From Balanoglossus misakiensis (Eukaryota; Animalia; Hemichordata): a stretch of DNA of 64,000 bases. This document shows positions 50,129-63,599 of the stretch, one piece after another. The translations under genes and the position numbers were made by a program. Numbering within the stretch: the stretch's first letter is position 1; every line of letters starts with the position of its first letter. Below the pieces are notes generated by a model that was given only the letters and a program-made list of their open reading frames with translations, had not been told where the DNA came from and did not search any database. The stretch covers positions 6,332,172 through 6,396,171 of the forward strand of contig CM082593.2 of assembly GCA_040954595.2 (NCBI GenBank), given 5' to 3'.

Positions 50129-53100
50129 CGTAGCCGTGTTGTTGATGTTATTTTATGAAGAAAATCGATGGACAAGACGTATTTATTTATTTTTGCAGAA
50201 CATTTTGCTTTTTAAAGGGGAATATATTTAAACCTTTTTTTTGTAAAAGTTAGTCTAGCTCATTTTTTACGACAGATGTTACTGTTATTTTGAAAAAAAG
50301 CTGTTGTTGTTTAGGGTAATGTTTTATTGATCTTTCTTTTGACAAAATCGTGAAGGACGCATAAATCCTGTAATATCAGAAAGTCAGATTTTTATTTATT
50401 TATTTATTTAAATTCAATCATTGCTGCTTGTTGTGTGGAGAATAAAACCGGACCGGTGAAGGTTGTCATAGACTGCAGTAGTTACTAAATAAGAAAATGT
50501 TTGTTAGGGATTTTATGTAATAAAATGACACGTCACGATAACACTGCATTCAACCGGTGTTCTGAAAAAGTATAGATTTTACGTTAGTGTAATAGCGCTA
50601 GGATTGGGACAAGAAGCCAGACATTTGATGTTTTCGTTCTATTCATGGTATTGGATTGACCGCGTGACAACTCCTGTTATATACCGAAGTGAGCTGGTCC
50701 AACTTATGTCGTCATGACCTGACCAGGGTTACCTGAAAGGAACTTTGAATAACGTGGCAAGGGGCAATGCCTGGTTCCTTACTGGCGCCATGCCAAGACA
50801 CGGCCACTGTACAAAGTGACGGCGGCGAAGATCAGCAACTCCATAAGCCTGCTGCGTGCGAGTGATCCTAGCCTGGCAGTCGCGTTCTATTGCCATCAGT
50901 TTTCGTAAAAAGGGCAAGTTCTTGGACTGGACAAAAGTGCCAACATCCCCAGGTAAGTGTTTAATGATCAAAATTACGTTTACTTGTTTCGTTTATACTC
51001 TATATGTGTACTCTACATTTACGATGACGCAGATGAAGTTGGCCTGTGGTTCCTTGTCAGACTAGTATATGTATATGTATTCAATGCACGTCGCATTAAA
51101 TGTCTGTCTGTAGTTTGGTAAACTGATATTTTGTACATGCGTACCCAAAGGTTAGAATATCATATAAAATATACGTTAATTTTCATAATACTGGCGAAAT
51201 ATTCTTCCGGATATAAGTTTGAGAAGTGTTTCTATTCGATTTGGCTGCGTGTACCTGGACCGACGTTTACATTCAAGTGAATCTTGACACACCAGTAGAT
51301 GAAACAAAAACCGGTGGTGTAAGTTGCAAAGGACAATGAAAATCTGACGTTGGGGTAGGGCTAACTGCCATTAGACTACAACAATCGGAGAATTATGTAA
51401 ATGGCCGATGTTATTTTTTTGCGCCCAAGGAAATCGTTAGTTAAAAAACAGCGGCGCGTGTTTCGCTGCACGGATCCGGAAGTCCGAGTTCACGTGTCTG
51501 GACCTGGAGAAGTTGTTTTCCCGGAAAGTGTGTCGACATGTAAGGAACTATGTTTAAAAATGCACGTTTCATGTCGCACTATGCAGTTGTGACACAAAAC
51601 AACATCAACAGGCTGGCAAAATTTACTGTCCACTTTACGAAATCGCCGTCATTTGACAAACGTGTCGTCAAATTGTCCTGAACTATTCGTCTTTTGTGAA
51701 CGTCCACAAAAAAGAGCTACCCGTTCCGCGCCACTTGATAGCCGAGGGTGCGATCTTTGCATACTTGCTCAACGTGAACAATAGGGTATTGTCTACAATT
51801 CTGTGCGTCGTGTAGCAACGTTGGCAAATTATTCAGCCGTGGTGTATAACACAATAGGTTTCTGCTAACATCATCTCGGTGTTCCTTAACGAGAATAGGA
51901 CAATATAAGACTCAGGCTGTGGCGCGACGCTTGGGAAGTAAATACGTCTTCAGAAATATCTCTGAAGACTGAACTCCAAGGCAGGCATCAACAAAACTCG
52001 AAGCAATAAGAAAGCCTGCCAACAATCGAAGGTTCGCAAAAGAGAAAACATCGACGAGTTTATGTACTCGATATCAATGTTCATACAACAGTGCAGTTAC
52101 TAAAATGCAAATGAGGTTAGTTTCATGCATGCAAGAAAGCAAACACGTGGCTACGTGTTATGAATTATGCAAATGAGTGATGGGACTGTCCAGTGCACTA
52201 TGGTTCCTGTAGAATGCGCTGCCACAACAGACATGCGTCAAAACTTCACGATCTCACCGTGCCCCAACTGAACTCTGTTTGACAATCCTACGCAAGTGTT
52301 TTAGTCACACGAGTCATGATAGTGTCGACGGTCGCTAACCGACATAGACGAAACCTGTGTCTTACTTGCACAGAAATATACGGCATGTGCCTGATTTGGG
52401 TGAAGGAGTTTTAGTAGTGAGGGATACAATAATTTGGTCAATCATTAACTATAGTTGGAGGAGCGAGAGTTGTGAAAGTATGAAACGATCGATGTCAGTT
52501 TTTCATTGTTCCCCCCCCCCCAAAAAAAAACATGTTTCTGCAAGTTCTGGCTGATTTGTGTGCTTTACCTGCAGGCGATGTGGTGGATGTATACAAGTAT
52601 CATGATCAGAAATCTCCCCCGGACCGTTTGTCTAAATTTCTGTGAACGAGAAGTTGGAGGAAGACAACCGGTGTCCCAAGTTGGACATGACTTTTGAACG
52701 TTCTCACTACATGTATCCCCACGCGCGGTCCGCTATCCTTTCTATGATATGCTTCACGAGTTTCCGCACATTGTGCGGGTTGACTAAAGGTTTCAATGTC
52801 CTTTCACTGTTTACGACAATGAAAGGTCATGTATCGGTGAAATTGTGGCGATGTCGCATTCGGAACTGAACGATGACATCACGAATCGCGTACAAGGGAG
52901 TGTAATACCTGCACTTACTGTTTGAAATTCATATCGGTGTTTAGCGGCTGGTGTGACGTAAACCGAAGGGGGACGAAAGATAAAGAACCTTGCTGTTTGA
53001 AAATCTTTGTTGCCAAATTTTAAAAATTCAACACGGTGATGTACGCCTTTCTTGGCATTACTAACATCTCAGTAACGATATATGTCAAAGCGAATTATTA

Positions 53101-53484
53101 CCACAGAATTGGCGATAGCTTCCATTCAGAGTAATTCGGGTGACATTAAAGGGACAAAGCTGCCAATATCGGCAACTTTTTTATTAGTATTTTTTTTTAA
53201 TTTGTATCTATTTCAACTTGTGTGTTCTATTCCCTGAAACACTCCAATTCCGTAAGACCGTTGCTATTTCTTCCCGTGAAGAAACGTTGATAAAACATTT
53301 TCGAAATACACAAAGCGTACTTGAGTATTTACACAAAGGTAATAGTGATTCTTGTTGTATTTTTCATTTAGCTGTGAAGATTTTTATGATCCCTTTGAAC
53401 TCGGTTCGGTAGAAAAATGGTATAAATCATCCCGGCTCAGAAGACATTTTTCCAGTGACGTCATTTTAGCTGCGTTTGAGAAAC

Positions 53485-56400
53485 ATGGGTACAGGAACAA
53501 GTCGGGGTCCTACCAAAGGTAAGATCTTTAATACTTGAACCCCACTAAACTACAATACCATTCTTGTAATATGGTTCTTATTTCAATGTTTGGGTCACTC
53601 TGTCCTTTAAGATTGAGACATTATTTCACATTCCAATGTTTTTCTCCGCAGAACCAACGGTGTTCGACAAATTCGACAAGAAGAACACAGAGATTGATGT
53701 TGCCAAACAGAGACTTCGGGAACTGCCCGCCATCGGCAGATTTACATTGCTGCAAACGCTGGTGCTTCGGGATAACGTCTTGTCAGCGCTACCGGAGGAA
53801 TTCGCGAATCTGAAACTGCTGAAGACACTGGATCTGTCGCTGAACCGATTTCAAGAGATGCCGCCGGTGATACTCGCGCTGAGACACGTCGAGGTACTGA
53901 ACATGGACGGGAACATGCTGTCGACGGTCCCGGCGGACATCAAGGAAGTCGACAGCCTTCGGGATGTCTCGTTCGAGTACAACAAGCTCGAGACGTTGCC
54001 TCTGGCGCTGTTTCTGATGCCCAGCGTTGCTAAAGTCAAAATCAGGGGGAATAACCTCTCCGCCCTGCCGAAGGACCTGCACGTCCGCATGGTGTACAAG
54101 GAGATCAACGGCATCTTTCTCACGGACAACAAATTCAAGAGGATCCCGCCGGAAGTGCTGGGGCAGGGTGGCGCCGCCGAGCTGTTCATGGACAACAACC
54201 TACTCTCGGAAATTCCACAAGAGATCGGGAAGCTATCCGGACTGAAGAAAATAGAACTGTCCAACAACATCATCAGTGGAATACCAGCGGAGCTTTTCGA
54301 AATCCCGAAACTGACACACTTATCCATTGGACACAACCAGATAGACGAACTCCCTCCGGCTATCGGTAGGTTTTAATGCTTTTTTTGATAATGTAATGTA
54401 AGTTGTCGGTTCTTCATCAGAGGTGTCCCGTTTTCCAGATTTGTCCGACTATATGGTCAGCAGATTTTTCATTTCGACTTTTCAGGGCGAGTCGATCTTA
54501 TCCTTGGAAGTCTTTGTTGCTTCAAACTTTGCTATGTCCTATGACAAAAGAAAAAAAGATGTTATTTTGCAATACGGAAAAACACATTTACGGAAACTCC
54601 ATAAATATTAACAAACGTAAATAATCGTCCATGCCACATTATTTACGAAAATATTACAAGAGTACCATAGAACTGGTCTAAGTCTAGCCCCGCTGCTTCT
54701 AACACAAGCGAGAAACAAATTTATGATTTTAGAGACTTAAAGTTTAATAATGCTCCGTCATGGCTGATTCCTGTATTCATTGCTTTATTTGGTCGATCGA
54801 TCGATTGATTTGCTGGCTGATCGATCCATCATTTCAGATTCAGATTCGGATTCAGAAAACTTCATTATATCTCTATTGTACAGGGCATGCCGTCATGTTG
54901 CAGGTGCTCGTCATCCGAGACAACAGAATCAAGACGTTACCGGACGAGATGAAGAACCTCCGGAAGCTGAAAGTCTTCGACTTGGCCCAGAACGCCGTCG
55001 AGGACTTCCCCCTGGTGGTGACCGAGATGACGAGTCTGGTTACCCTGAACATGGCCGCCAATCACCTGAGGTTTCTTCCGGAGGAACTCTCCAAACTCAT
55101 CCGCCTGAAGAGACTGGGACTCGGCCAAAACATGTTGAACGACAACGCCTTGCAAGTCCTCATGCCGCTGACCTGGGTTGAATCCGTGTACCTGGAGAAT
55201 AATCTCATCCACTGCATACTCCCGGAGGTCGCTGAGGGGTTGAGGGAATTGAAACACCTGTCTCTGGATGGGAACCCTATAGAAGACATTCCGGAGGTCT
55301 TAATGCAGAAAATCGGTCCACGGCCAAAAACAGGTGAGTGTTACTACCAGTTGTAGAGCCATAGATATAGATGTATTATACAGTACCATTATAATAATTG
55401 TCATGCCGACACATTGATGGTGTTCTGTTTACTTCAAGTTGATATAAATAATTTTAAATTCATAGGAAAGGGGTAGACAAAGGGGATTGAACAATATTAA
55501 TTGCCGAAGAAAGAAATATACACGAGGAGGGCCTTGTGTATTGATCCTTGGCATGGATCACCAAAAACTGCCGAGTAATTTGCTAACATCTTAGTGACCT
55601 TTGTGGGTTTTGTGTGTCCATTACTGCATCGTGGGAATTTTGAATTTCACATTTTTACATTTTTCAGCTAACAGGGAGGAGGTTGTGAAACCTGACGTGG
55701 ACATGTTTGGCGGAAAACAAACGTTCACGATCACACCGAATACTGAGGTATATAATTATGATATTAACACTTAATATTGATGTGGTAGTGAAACACGATC
55801 TAATATTAATATGTGAAACGCATTAAAACAATTTAATACGCGTCAGGTATACAGTCAAACCTGTCCTGGTGGCCACCTCTACATAGCGGCCACTTTGTTA
55901 CAGTCCCTGTACAATTATGATGTACATTAATTGACCTGTCTATAAAGGCCAGTTTGGGAAAGTCCCGTGACTGACCACTATAGACAGGTTTGTCTGTAGA
56001 TCAATTAGCATTGCAGTATGTATTAAATGTTTAATATTTTTGTGTGAAATGCCATACTTTAACCGCTTCGTGTTTTATGTTCACATAAGGACGAGCAAAT
56101 AACCATATCGAACACATTTGCCCTGGAAATCCCCAAAGAGGCTGTGACAGACGAGATGACGTTTCACGTCGCATACGCAGACGAGGAGGACAATCGGAAC
56201 ACGAGTTTGACTCTAGGGGAGGGCGAACAACAGGAGTCCGAAATGATTGACGTCACGCCTCGCTCGACGTCGTTTGGATCCCTGGTCAGTCTGGTGGTCA
56301 AGCTGGATGCATTCAATGATCCGTCCAGGGATCTGGTCATTATGCAGAAGGGTGAAGGCGAGAGCTGGAAGCAGCTGAAGACATACCAGGTAATAACAAA

Positions 56401-58391
56401 ACGGAAGTACCCCCCAGAAAAATATGATGGAGGTGCCCTTAAAATTGCACCCCATCATTTTCGGGTAGTTGGGTCCCCATAGAAGCCAAAACAGCAAAAA
56501 AGTCAATTTCAGCACAAAAATCCTACGGGAATACACATCATACCACACTATAATGAAACAAGTGTTACGCAAATGAATGTAGATAAAATGTATCCGTCCA
56601 TCATTGTGCAATACGACGACATTGACAGTTGTCATAGGAACACCGCAATTCAAATTGTTTGCGAGAATATTGAATTTTAGGTTTGAAAATGCATCCCAAC
56701 TTGTGTGAGAAATATAATCTCTCAGGCCCTTTAGGGTGTCCCCGTCCATTCGGCGAACGGGTCGCTAGCTCTGATTTCAGGGAGAATACAGCCCTTGGCA
56801 GGCGAAGATGCCGTGGTGTGAGATTCTAGGCCTATAAGCCTCTTGGTTCTGCGCCGCAGAATTCGGTTCACTTGTTGTCTTCATAATGCTTTGACTCCTT
56901 TCAGGAAGGCAGTCTCACCAAGGTCAAGGTGAGAAGTCTGACTGGGTTGGTGGCCGTCACCAAACCGCACGTGGATGAAATGGCACTGAGCGACAAGGGG
57001 GGGAAATTGGAATCCACCGGCGTCAAAGATGTCTCGGTGTCCTTCCCCGGTGGCGCGGTCGACGAGAAGGAGTCCATTTTCATGGAGGTGGACCCCATGG
57101 ACGCCGCGGTCACGGACGAGTCGGACGCGCTGTGCGAAGCCCGCGCAGACGTCTCCGTCTCTCCGTGTGTCACCATAAAGGGGGCCAACGGCAAGAAGCA
57201 CCTGGAGTTCAAGAAGGAGGTGGAGGTCTCCTTGCCGATGCCGCCGCCCATTCCGGGAAGGAAGGACAGCGACACCGATATACGAGTCCTCAAGGATGAG
57301 CGCGATAATAATATCTGGAGAGACGTCACCGACGACCTGGGACCAATCCTCAGACACGCGAGGAGAGCTTCGTTCGGAATTCGGTCGTTTAGCGGGTAAT
57401 TGAAGATTGCGTGTGTGGTTTAATGTACATGTATTTACATTTTCATGTACTATAAAACCGGCAACATACGATATGCCAGAAATAAGTTTTCTTCTGAAGA
57501 AATTTAGTTTCATAGTAGCATCTTTAAATTAATCACGTGTTACATTGAAAATATTGGTGTTCTCCAGACCTCCCCTGGCAATATATTGACAGTATAGATG
57601 TCGTGAGTTTTGAAGTTGAATCTTTGCTTCTGTTGTTCAGGCAGTGTGATTTGCACAGATTCAACTGTCAGTCGTATGTTTTATGCATAAATATTTCTGC
57701 AAACCTATTAAACCTTGTTTGATGAAATGTTTATGATAAGGCAAAGATTCGGGTTCTTTACAATTGGCCTTTTAATGAAAAATGCACCTTGCAGTCAAAA
57801 CACTTTTTTCGGCTATTTTAACATCTCGCATACGGAATAGGGACTACCCCCCCCCCGAGTTAATGTAATATTCACTGAGCCCTTTCCCATCATTGGTGTT
57901 TTGGTCTATTTCCAGTTACGTATTGGCGAGGACTGATCCACTGAGGAGAAACCGTGCTCCTTCAGTCGTCTCCAGAATGCGCCGGAGCCCCAAGGGCAGC
58001 AGACGACCTGCCGCCTTCAAGGTGAAGATCCTCCTCATGCAGCTGAGTATAGCGCCGCAGAAGATGGTGGTCAGTGTCGTCCCGGCAAACAGGCTCCGGC
58101 AAAAGCGGCGAGAGTTCGTCGACGCCAACTACCACGCGTACGGAATACCTTACAGCGGCGATATCATATTGAAGAGGGGCGACACCGTTGCCTTTGATGT
58201 CGAGAACGGCTTCGCCTTCACAAACGAAAACAGGAAATGCGTTTTCTATCCCAACCGCGACAATACCACTCACATTTACATCGAAGCCAAGGAAGACGTG
58301 GATTTCATACAGAATCGTGCGATTGGATTCTTGAAGTTCTATAAGAAGGACGGAAGTTTGGTTGCTGAGCTGCCATTTAAGGTATTCTTGG

Positions 58392-58481
<90 letters not shown>

Positions 58482-60180
58482 CCCCTCTCTCATTTTAACT
58501 TTAGTGGATGGACTAGAAGATGTCATTGATTATTGACTAGCGTCTTATACTACTACATAAGGTCTTTATGATTTATCATTCAAACATTTCATGTCTATTT
58601 TAACCCCGGTAAACTAGACTGACATGGTACCCCTTTTAACACTGTCTTTATTTTGTTACAGATTAACAAACAAACGCGACGGTTAAGCAGAGTACTGACA
58701 GATCTTGATACAGTGATCGAAGAATTCGAAGAAGAAGGTATGAAATTAGTATTGACAATTGAGGTATTGTATGCGTTGCAGAAGAAGGCGGTTTGGGTGT
58801 CAGTGAAAGAAATACCCATCCGTTTACAAGTCAGATATAATTACAAGCACAGTTGTAAAGACGAACACAAAACCATACAGCACAGACAATATTAAAGCAC
58901 TCAGACGTTGTGAACGCACTTCCGACAAAAAGGCTGAGAAATGACACCCGGTGTTCGAAAATAGTCAGCTTATCCTGCCCCAATATGTGGCGCCTGGAAG
59001 CAGTCACTCTCAAACACATGTCACTGATGGCACGATGATCATTTGTGTAAGAGATGCACTGTACTTATCCAGTAGCTCATGACGTCTGCCATCAAGCGTT
59101 TGAATGGATCCACTCTCAAGTTCCTTCCAAAAGACAACTCCAGTCTAGCTTGAGTCGAGCCCAGTAAAAACTTTCGATTCAGATTTTACTTTCGTTTTAT
59201 TCCCCCCCACCCCAGACCCCCCAGACTATGACTTCTTCTTCAGTCTGCTGGCTGGCACCCTGTTGGCTCCTTATCAGCACCTGAAAGACTTCGGCCTCAG
59301 ACTGGGCCTGGAGCCGGAGGAGATCGCACGCTTCAGGAATTTGGAGCTGAGGCAGCAGGTCTACCGGATGCTGTTGCTATGGAGAGAGAAAGAAGAGCAG
59401 AAAAGTGACAAGGCAGAGATGAAGAGTCTGGTGACTGCACTGAGAGACCACAGATTTGAGGACCACGCTTCTGCTCTACAGACCTTCAGGCGGTCGGATC
59501 CAAATACAGGTAGAGCTCTTTGACCCATGATTAATCCTTGACTTATGACTAATCCATAATCCTTGACTGAAGATTGAATACGGCGTATCTTCTGACCAAG
59601 CAATCCATGTTACTGCACGTAGGGCAGTTTTGGCCATTGTACGGAAGGAAACTGCACCGTATGTGTTACTCGAAGACTTTCCAAACCACTCTGAATGTGT
59701 CAGAGCAACTTGATTTTTATCGGCTTTCGAATGACTTTAGGTGCCACACATTTCTTTTTAATGCACGGCCACCGAATGACATCTGCGATTGGCCACACAA
59801 CCAGTTCTCACTGGTAACTATGGCGGCATTTACACTGGTGGCCGTATACCTTTTTACTATCCAACTTTCTATGATGCTACACAATGCCTGTTTCAGACAT
59901 CCGGGGCGCCATGAGGCACGTCGCCTGCAACATCGATCCGCGGGAGATGAAAATGCTGGCGCGCTACCTCCGCCTGAAGGAGAACGAAATCGAGACGATC
60001 AGGCACGATCATCCGAACGACTGCCGGGAGCAGAGCTACCAGATGCTTCTGCTGTGGGTCCGGAGAGCCGGCAGTGACGCAACAATAAGACGACTGGTCG
60101 AAGCCATGCTTGGCCTGCCGACACTCAAGGAACTGTCTGACGAATTGGTCATGAAATTTGGTGGTATGCTCAGCAAGTAA
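53485..60180 (+). CDS. PIDD1-like protein: LRRs, ZU5-ZU5-UPA, two death domains
   Basis: Exons 53485-53518, 53652-54365, 54884-55333, 55668-55747, 56090-56389, 56905-57395, 57916-58381, 58662-58737, 59216-59509, 59897-60180. LxxLPxx...LxxLxLxxN LRRs; ZU5-like ALEIPKEAV and GGKLES..VSVSFPGGAV..VSP; death-domain motifs LGLEPEEI..QQVYRMLLLWRE and LARYLRLKENEI..EQSYQMLLLWVR. Confidence 0.82.
55850..55998. mobile_element. TA-flanked MITE, family B copy 2
   Basis: TACAGTCAAACCTGTC...GACAGGTTTGTCTGTA; homologous to 8333-8488. Confidence 0.8.
58394..58490. repeat. (CT)n microsatellite
   Basis: Directly visible. Confidence 0.97.
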
Positions 60181-61083
60181 GGCAAAGATAAAGGAAGGAC
60201 AGTTTCCGAATCCACACGACGCCGTAGAGGGCGGTGTTAAGCCACGTACACTTGGAAAATACAAGTTATCACATGCGTTTCGGTACACTTTGAATATATA
60301 TATTCTTGTCACAAACGTCCACCAGAAACATGATTTGTTTTATTCAATATTCATTTATTATATTCAGAGGTCATAAATTACAGGAATCCAATATTTCCAT
60401 TACAATTATGTGGTCCAGAGCTGTGAACAAAATTACAATGTGATAAGAAGAAATGCTATTATATCAAGAGATACTGGTATTTAATCAAAATGAATTAGTG
60501 TTCATCTTATTCATCCATGATACATGTATGATGTCAATGTGCGAGTACATAGTTAACTCATTTACATGAAACCGGTCATATCATGCAAGTTCTAGCATAA
60601 CATAGTAAGTTGTTTCTCAAAAGACATCCAATGGGAGAAAAGTGTTCCCATTTACGCAAATTATCAGGTGGTTATGGTATATTGTGTTCTACTCAATGTG
60701 TGTATATTTTGTATAAAAACATTTATTCAGTGATCATGACTTGTCCTTAGTTCATTCATTATATCTTTGCCTTTGGGTGGAACTGTACAAGGAATGGAAA
60801 GCCCCATATACAAGTTCACATTACAGTATTCACATCAACTGTATGTAAGCACTGTATCCTGAAGTTCATTGTAACACAGAGCTGAAAGTGTTCATTAAAC
60901 TTGGAAGAAAAGGTATTGGATGATTGCCTCCTTGGTGTTGAGATTGTCACTGCAACGTTCAAATTTGCAGTTTATTCAACCTGCCAGTGGACAGTTTAGA
61001 CACTGCAGATGGTGAGCATTTATTACGAAACGCCATCTTTGATCACTGCAGTTCTCATCAACGATGACACACACACCGACGTT

Positions 61084-63150
61084 TCAGTCTAATTCTGGGC
61101 GGATGTGTTCTGCCTGCAGGCAGATTTCGCAGAAGAGGCTCTTCTCCGTGTCCAGCAGTCTCCGCAAGTTCTCCGGCACCAGGTGCTGGAGGTCGACGCC
61201 GTACTTCTCCTCCGGCGAAATCCTGACTCCGGTGTCTGTCCAGTGGGTCCTGGTTACGATGTACACCTGGCCGTCCAGCTGCACGACCGAGTCCTGGTAG
61301 TGGGTGGGTATCCAGCGGTCGGTGTTGGACGTGTCTCGGCTCCAGGAGACGAGCATGTCTTCGTCCACTTTCCCGATCCACAGGCAGAGTCTCTTCTCGC
61401 GCTCGTCGCGGGTCACAACGCAGATGTTCCTGTCGATGACTTGGACCGACACCGAGAACCCTTCGCCGCTGGACTTAGAGCGGCGGGGTTGTGCAGCTTC
61501 ACTTGCATCCGGTGGAATCGAACCAGACAGCGACGCGGGCCACTCATTCTGTTCCGGATCGAAACACCAGTAGGCCCTGTCGGACTTCTCCGTCGCGCCG
61601 AGAACAAACAGGTACCCGTCGATCGCCGCCAGGTTATCGATGCGCATCAGCGAAGCCCCTTGCTTCTTCATCACGCGACTCAGCGGGTACAGGTACTGCC
61701 ATTTCCCTGAACTCAAGTTATACCGCGTGATGTCATGACCCAAGCTGACATACAGACAGTTACCCAGCATGGCCATGGCGATGTTACTCGGACACGTACT
61801 GGACAAGGGACAATTCAAATCTGTCCACCGATTCATGGCTGGGTTGAAGCAGTAGACGGTTCTGTCGAGCGAAATGTACAAGTTGTTGGCGTGGACGAGA
61901 CAGGCATCACCGTTGGCGATTGCGCGACTCGGGTGTTTTAGTCCGCTGATGTCATTCCATTTTCCAGAAGACCAGTTGAAAAATTTGATGTGTAGATTAG
62001 AAATGAGATAACGTCCAAAGTCGCTTAACTGTAGCAGAACCTGCAATTTAAAGGTAAAAACACCTATATCAGAGGCATAGCTTTGGGTTCATTTCATGAC
62101 CAAGTAAATCGTAACTAGGGACATGGGCGTATACTATAGAATCAGTCTCATATTTATACTTTCAACCCCTTCAAATCGGAATAAATTACAGGAATAAAGT
62201 GAGTTAGAAAACAAAATAATAGTGATTCTTGAGAATGTTTAAAGTTCTGTTGGGTATATTTTGGTATATTTGTGCACAGGTATATAAAAAAACTATGCTG
62301 TTAATACCTTTTTGAAATTTCCCCTTGCGCGTACTTGGACTTTAGTTGGTAGTGCGTGTTGAACCAGAGTCTGTTTGACCAAATCGCTGAACAGTGGTAC
62401 AGCCATGGCACTGTGCAGGCTACAGAGTTCGTTCAGTTGGTAGGGTTCTATCAATATGAGCCTGACTTTCCCCAGCAATTCCTCCGCATGCTGAAGCCTA
62501 TTTTCCAGGTCAAAGTTCAGCCAAGAGAGCACAGCCATCAAGACGTTCTCCTCGGATCGCACGTGAAGGTCGTCGTCAGCGAGGATGCGGAGGAGTACAT
62601 CCTTGGAGACAAGCTCAGAGAACTCCGCTTTGGAAGATATATCGAGAAAGTTTTCTTTCATGGCTTTGGTGACCGCATCTCTCAGTTTTGCCAAACCGTA
62701 CATTTCAGCTGTCTGGAGCGATGACACGTAATTGCGAACGTCGCCCGGGTTGTCATGGAATTGCCGGATCATAAAATCGCTACAGTGGTTTATAGCGCCC
62801 TCGTACTGCAGGTGGTTGGCGACGTCCAGTACCTCGAAGACGTTTTCCGACGAAAGACTTGGGAAAGCTCCGGTGTAAATGTACTCCAGAACGAATCTGA
62901 ACCCGCCCGCGGTCAAATTCTCTCCTTGCAGATGTGCGACGTGCTCTGAGCTTTCCTTCATCCCACTTGTAAACATGGAACGAAAGTAATGACAGGAGGC
63001 TGCCAGGACTGAAGTGTGAGCGACAAAATCTTCACCCTGCACTCGCACGATTGCATCGCAAAAAATACCTTCTCTCCTAAGAGCATCTAGTCCCTCTCGC
63101 AGTTCAACAGCGGGGTGCTGGGCTGACAAATTATTGCAATCGCCGCTCAT
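61084..63150 (-). CDS. BTB-BACK-Kelch (KLHL/KBTBD-like) Cullin-3 adaptor
   Basis: Exon 63150 to ~62308 (FCDAIVRVQGEDFVAHTSVLAASCHYFRSMFTSGMKES; LADDDLHVRSEENVLMAVLSWL) spliced to 62041-61084 (degenerate Kelch blades VYCFNPAMNRW, YNLSSGKW, CFDPEQNEW). Confidence 0.88.
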
Positions 63151-63448
63151 TTTCGCTATCCAAGCTATATCAGTACCAACACCCGGAAATAAATTGCATT
63201 TGAAGTAATCTAAAGACCACTTAACTTTCTGTGATTTACGCCATATTGATAAAGCTTAAGATAAAGATCTTGGACGATACAAATAAAGATATCTTTGCAT
63301 AAGTAGTAAAGATTTACATTTTGAAATCAATTGCATAGCTCTCGAATCCTTCGTCGTCATTCAATATGCTTCTAACAGAGGAAATAACAGCAGTACTTTT
63401 TACCATGGAGTTACGTACTCAAATTCATAGGAAACACCCTGTCAAGTA

Positions 63449-63599
63449 TGACGTCACTGGGTAGGTCAGAGTTCACTGGCACTTCGATGGCGGATGCTGG
63501 TGTCAGTTGCTGTGCTGTGTCGAAGCATTTCGTGAAATTCGCCTCTGTTTAAGAGTTCGCGGGTGAAGTAACCTCAAGAACAGGGCGTAATAGGTAAGT
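63449..63599 (+). promoter_or_regulatory. Probable promoter and first exon of a next plus-strand gene, divergent from the Kelch gene
   Basis: CRE palindrome TGACGTCA at 63449-63456, CpG-richer stretch, AG/GTAAGT donor near 63593. Confidence 0.35.

Noticed and set aside
51000-53400. Short ORFs upstream of the PIDD-like gene
   Set aside because: No motifs or consistent splice phases; probably a 5' UTR intron.
53789-61941. Numerous long antisense or alternate-frame ORFs over the LRR, ZU5 and Kelch exons
   Set aside because: Shadow ORFs caused by GC-rich third codon positions.
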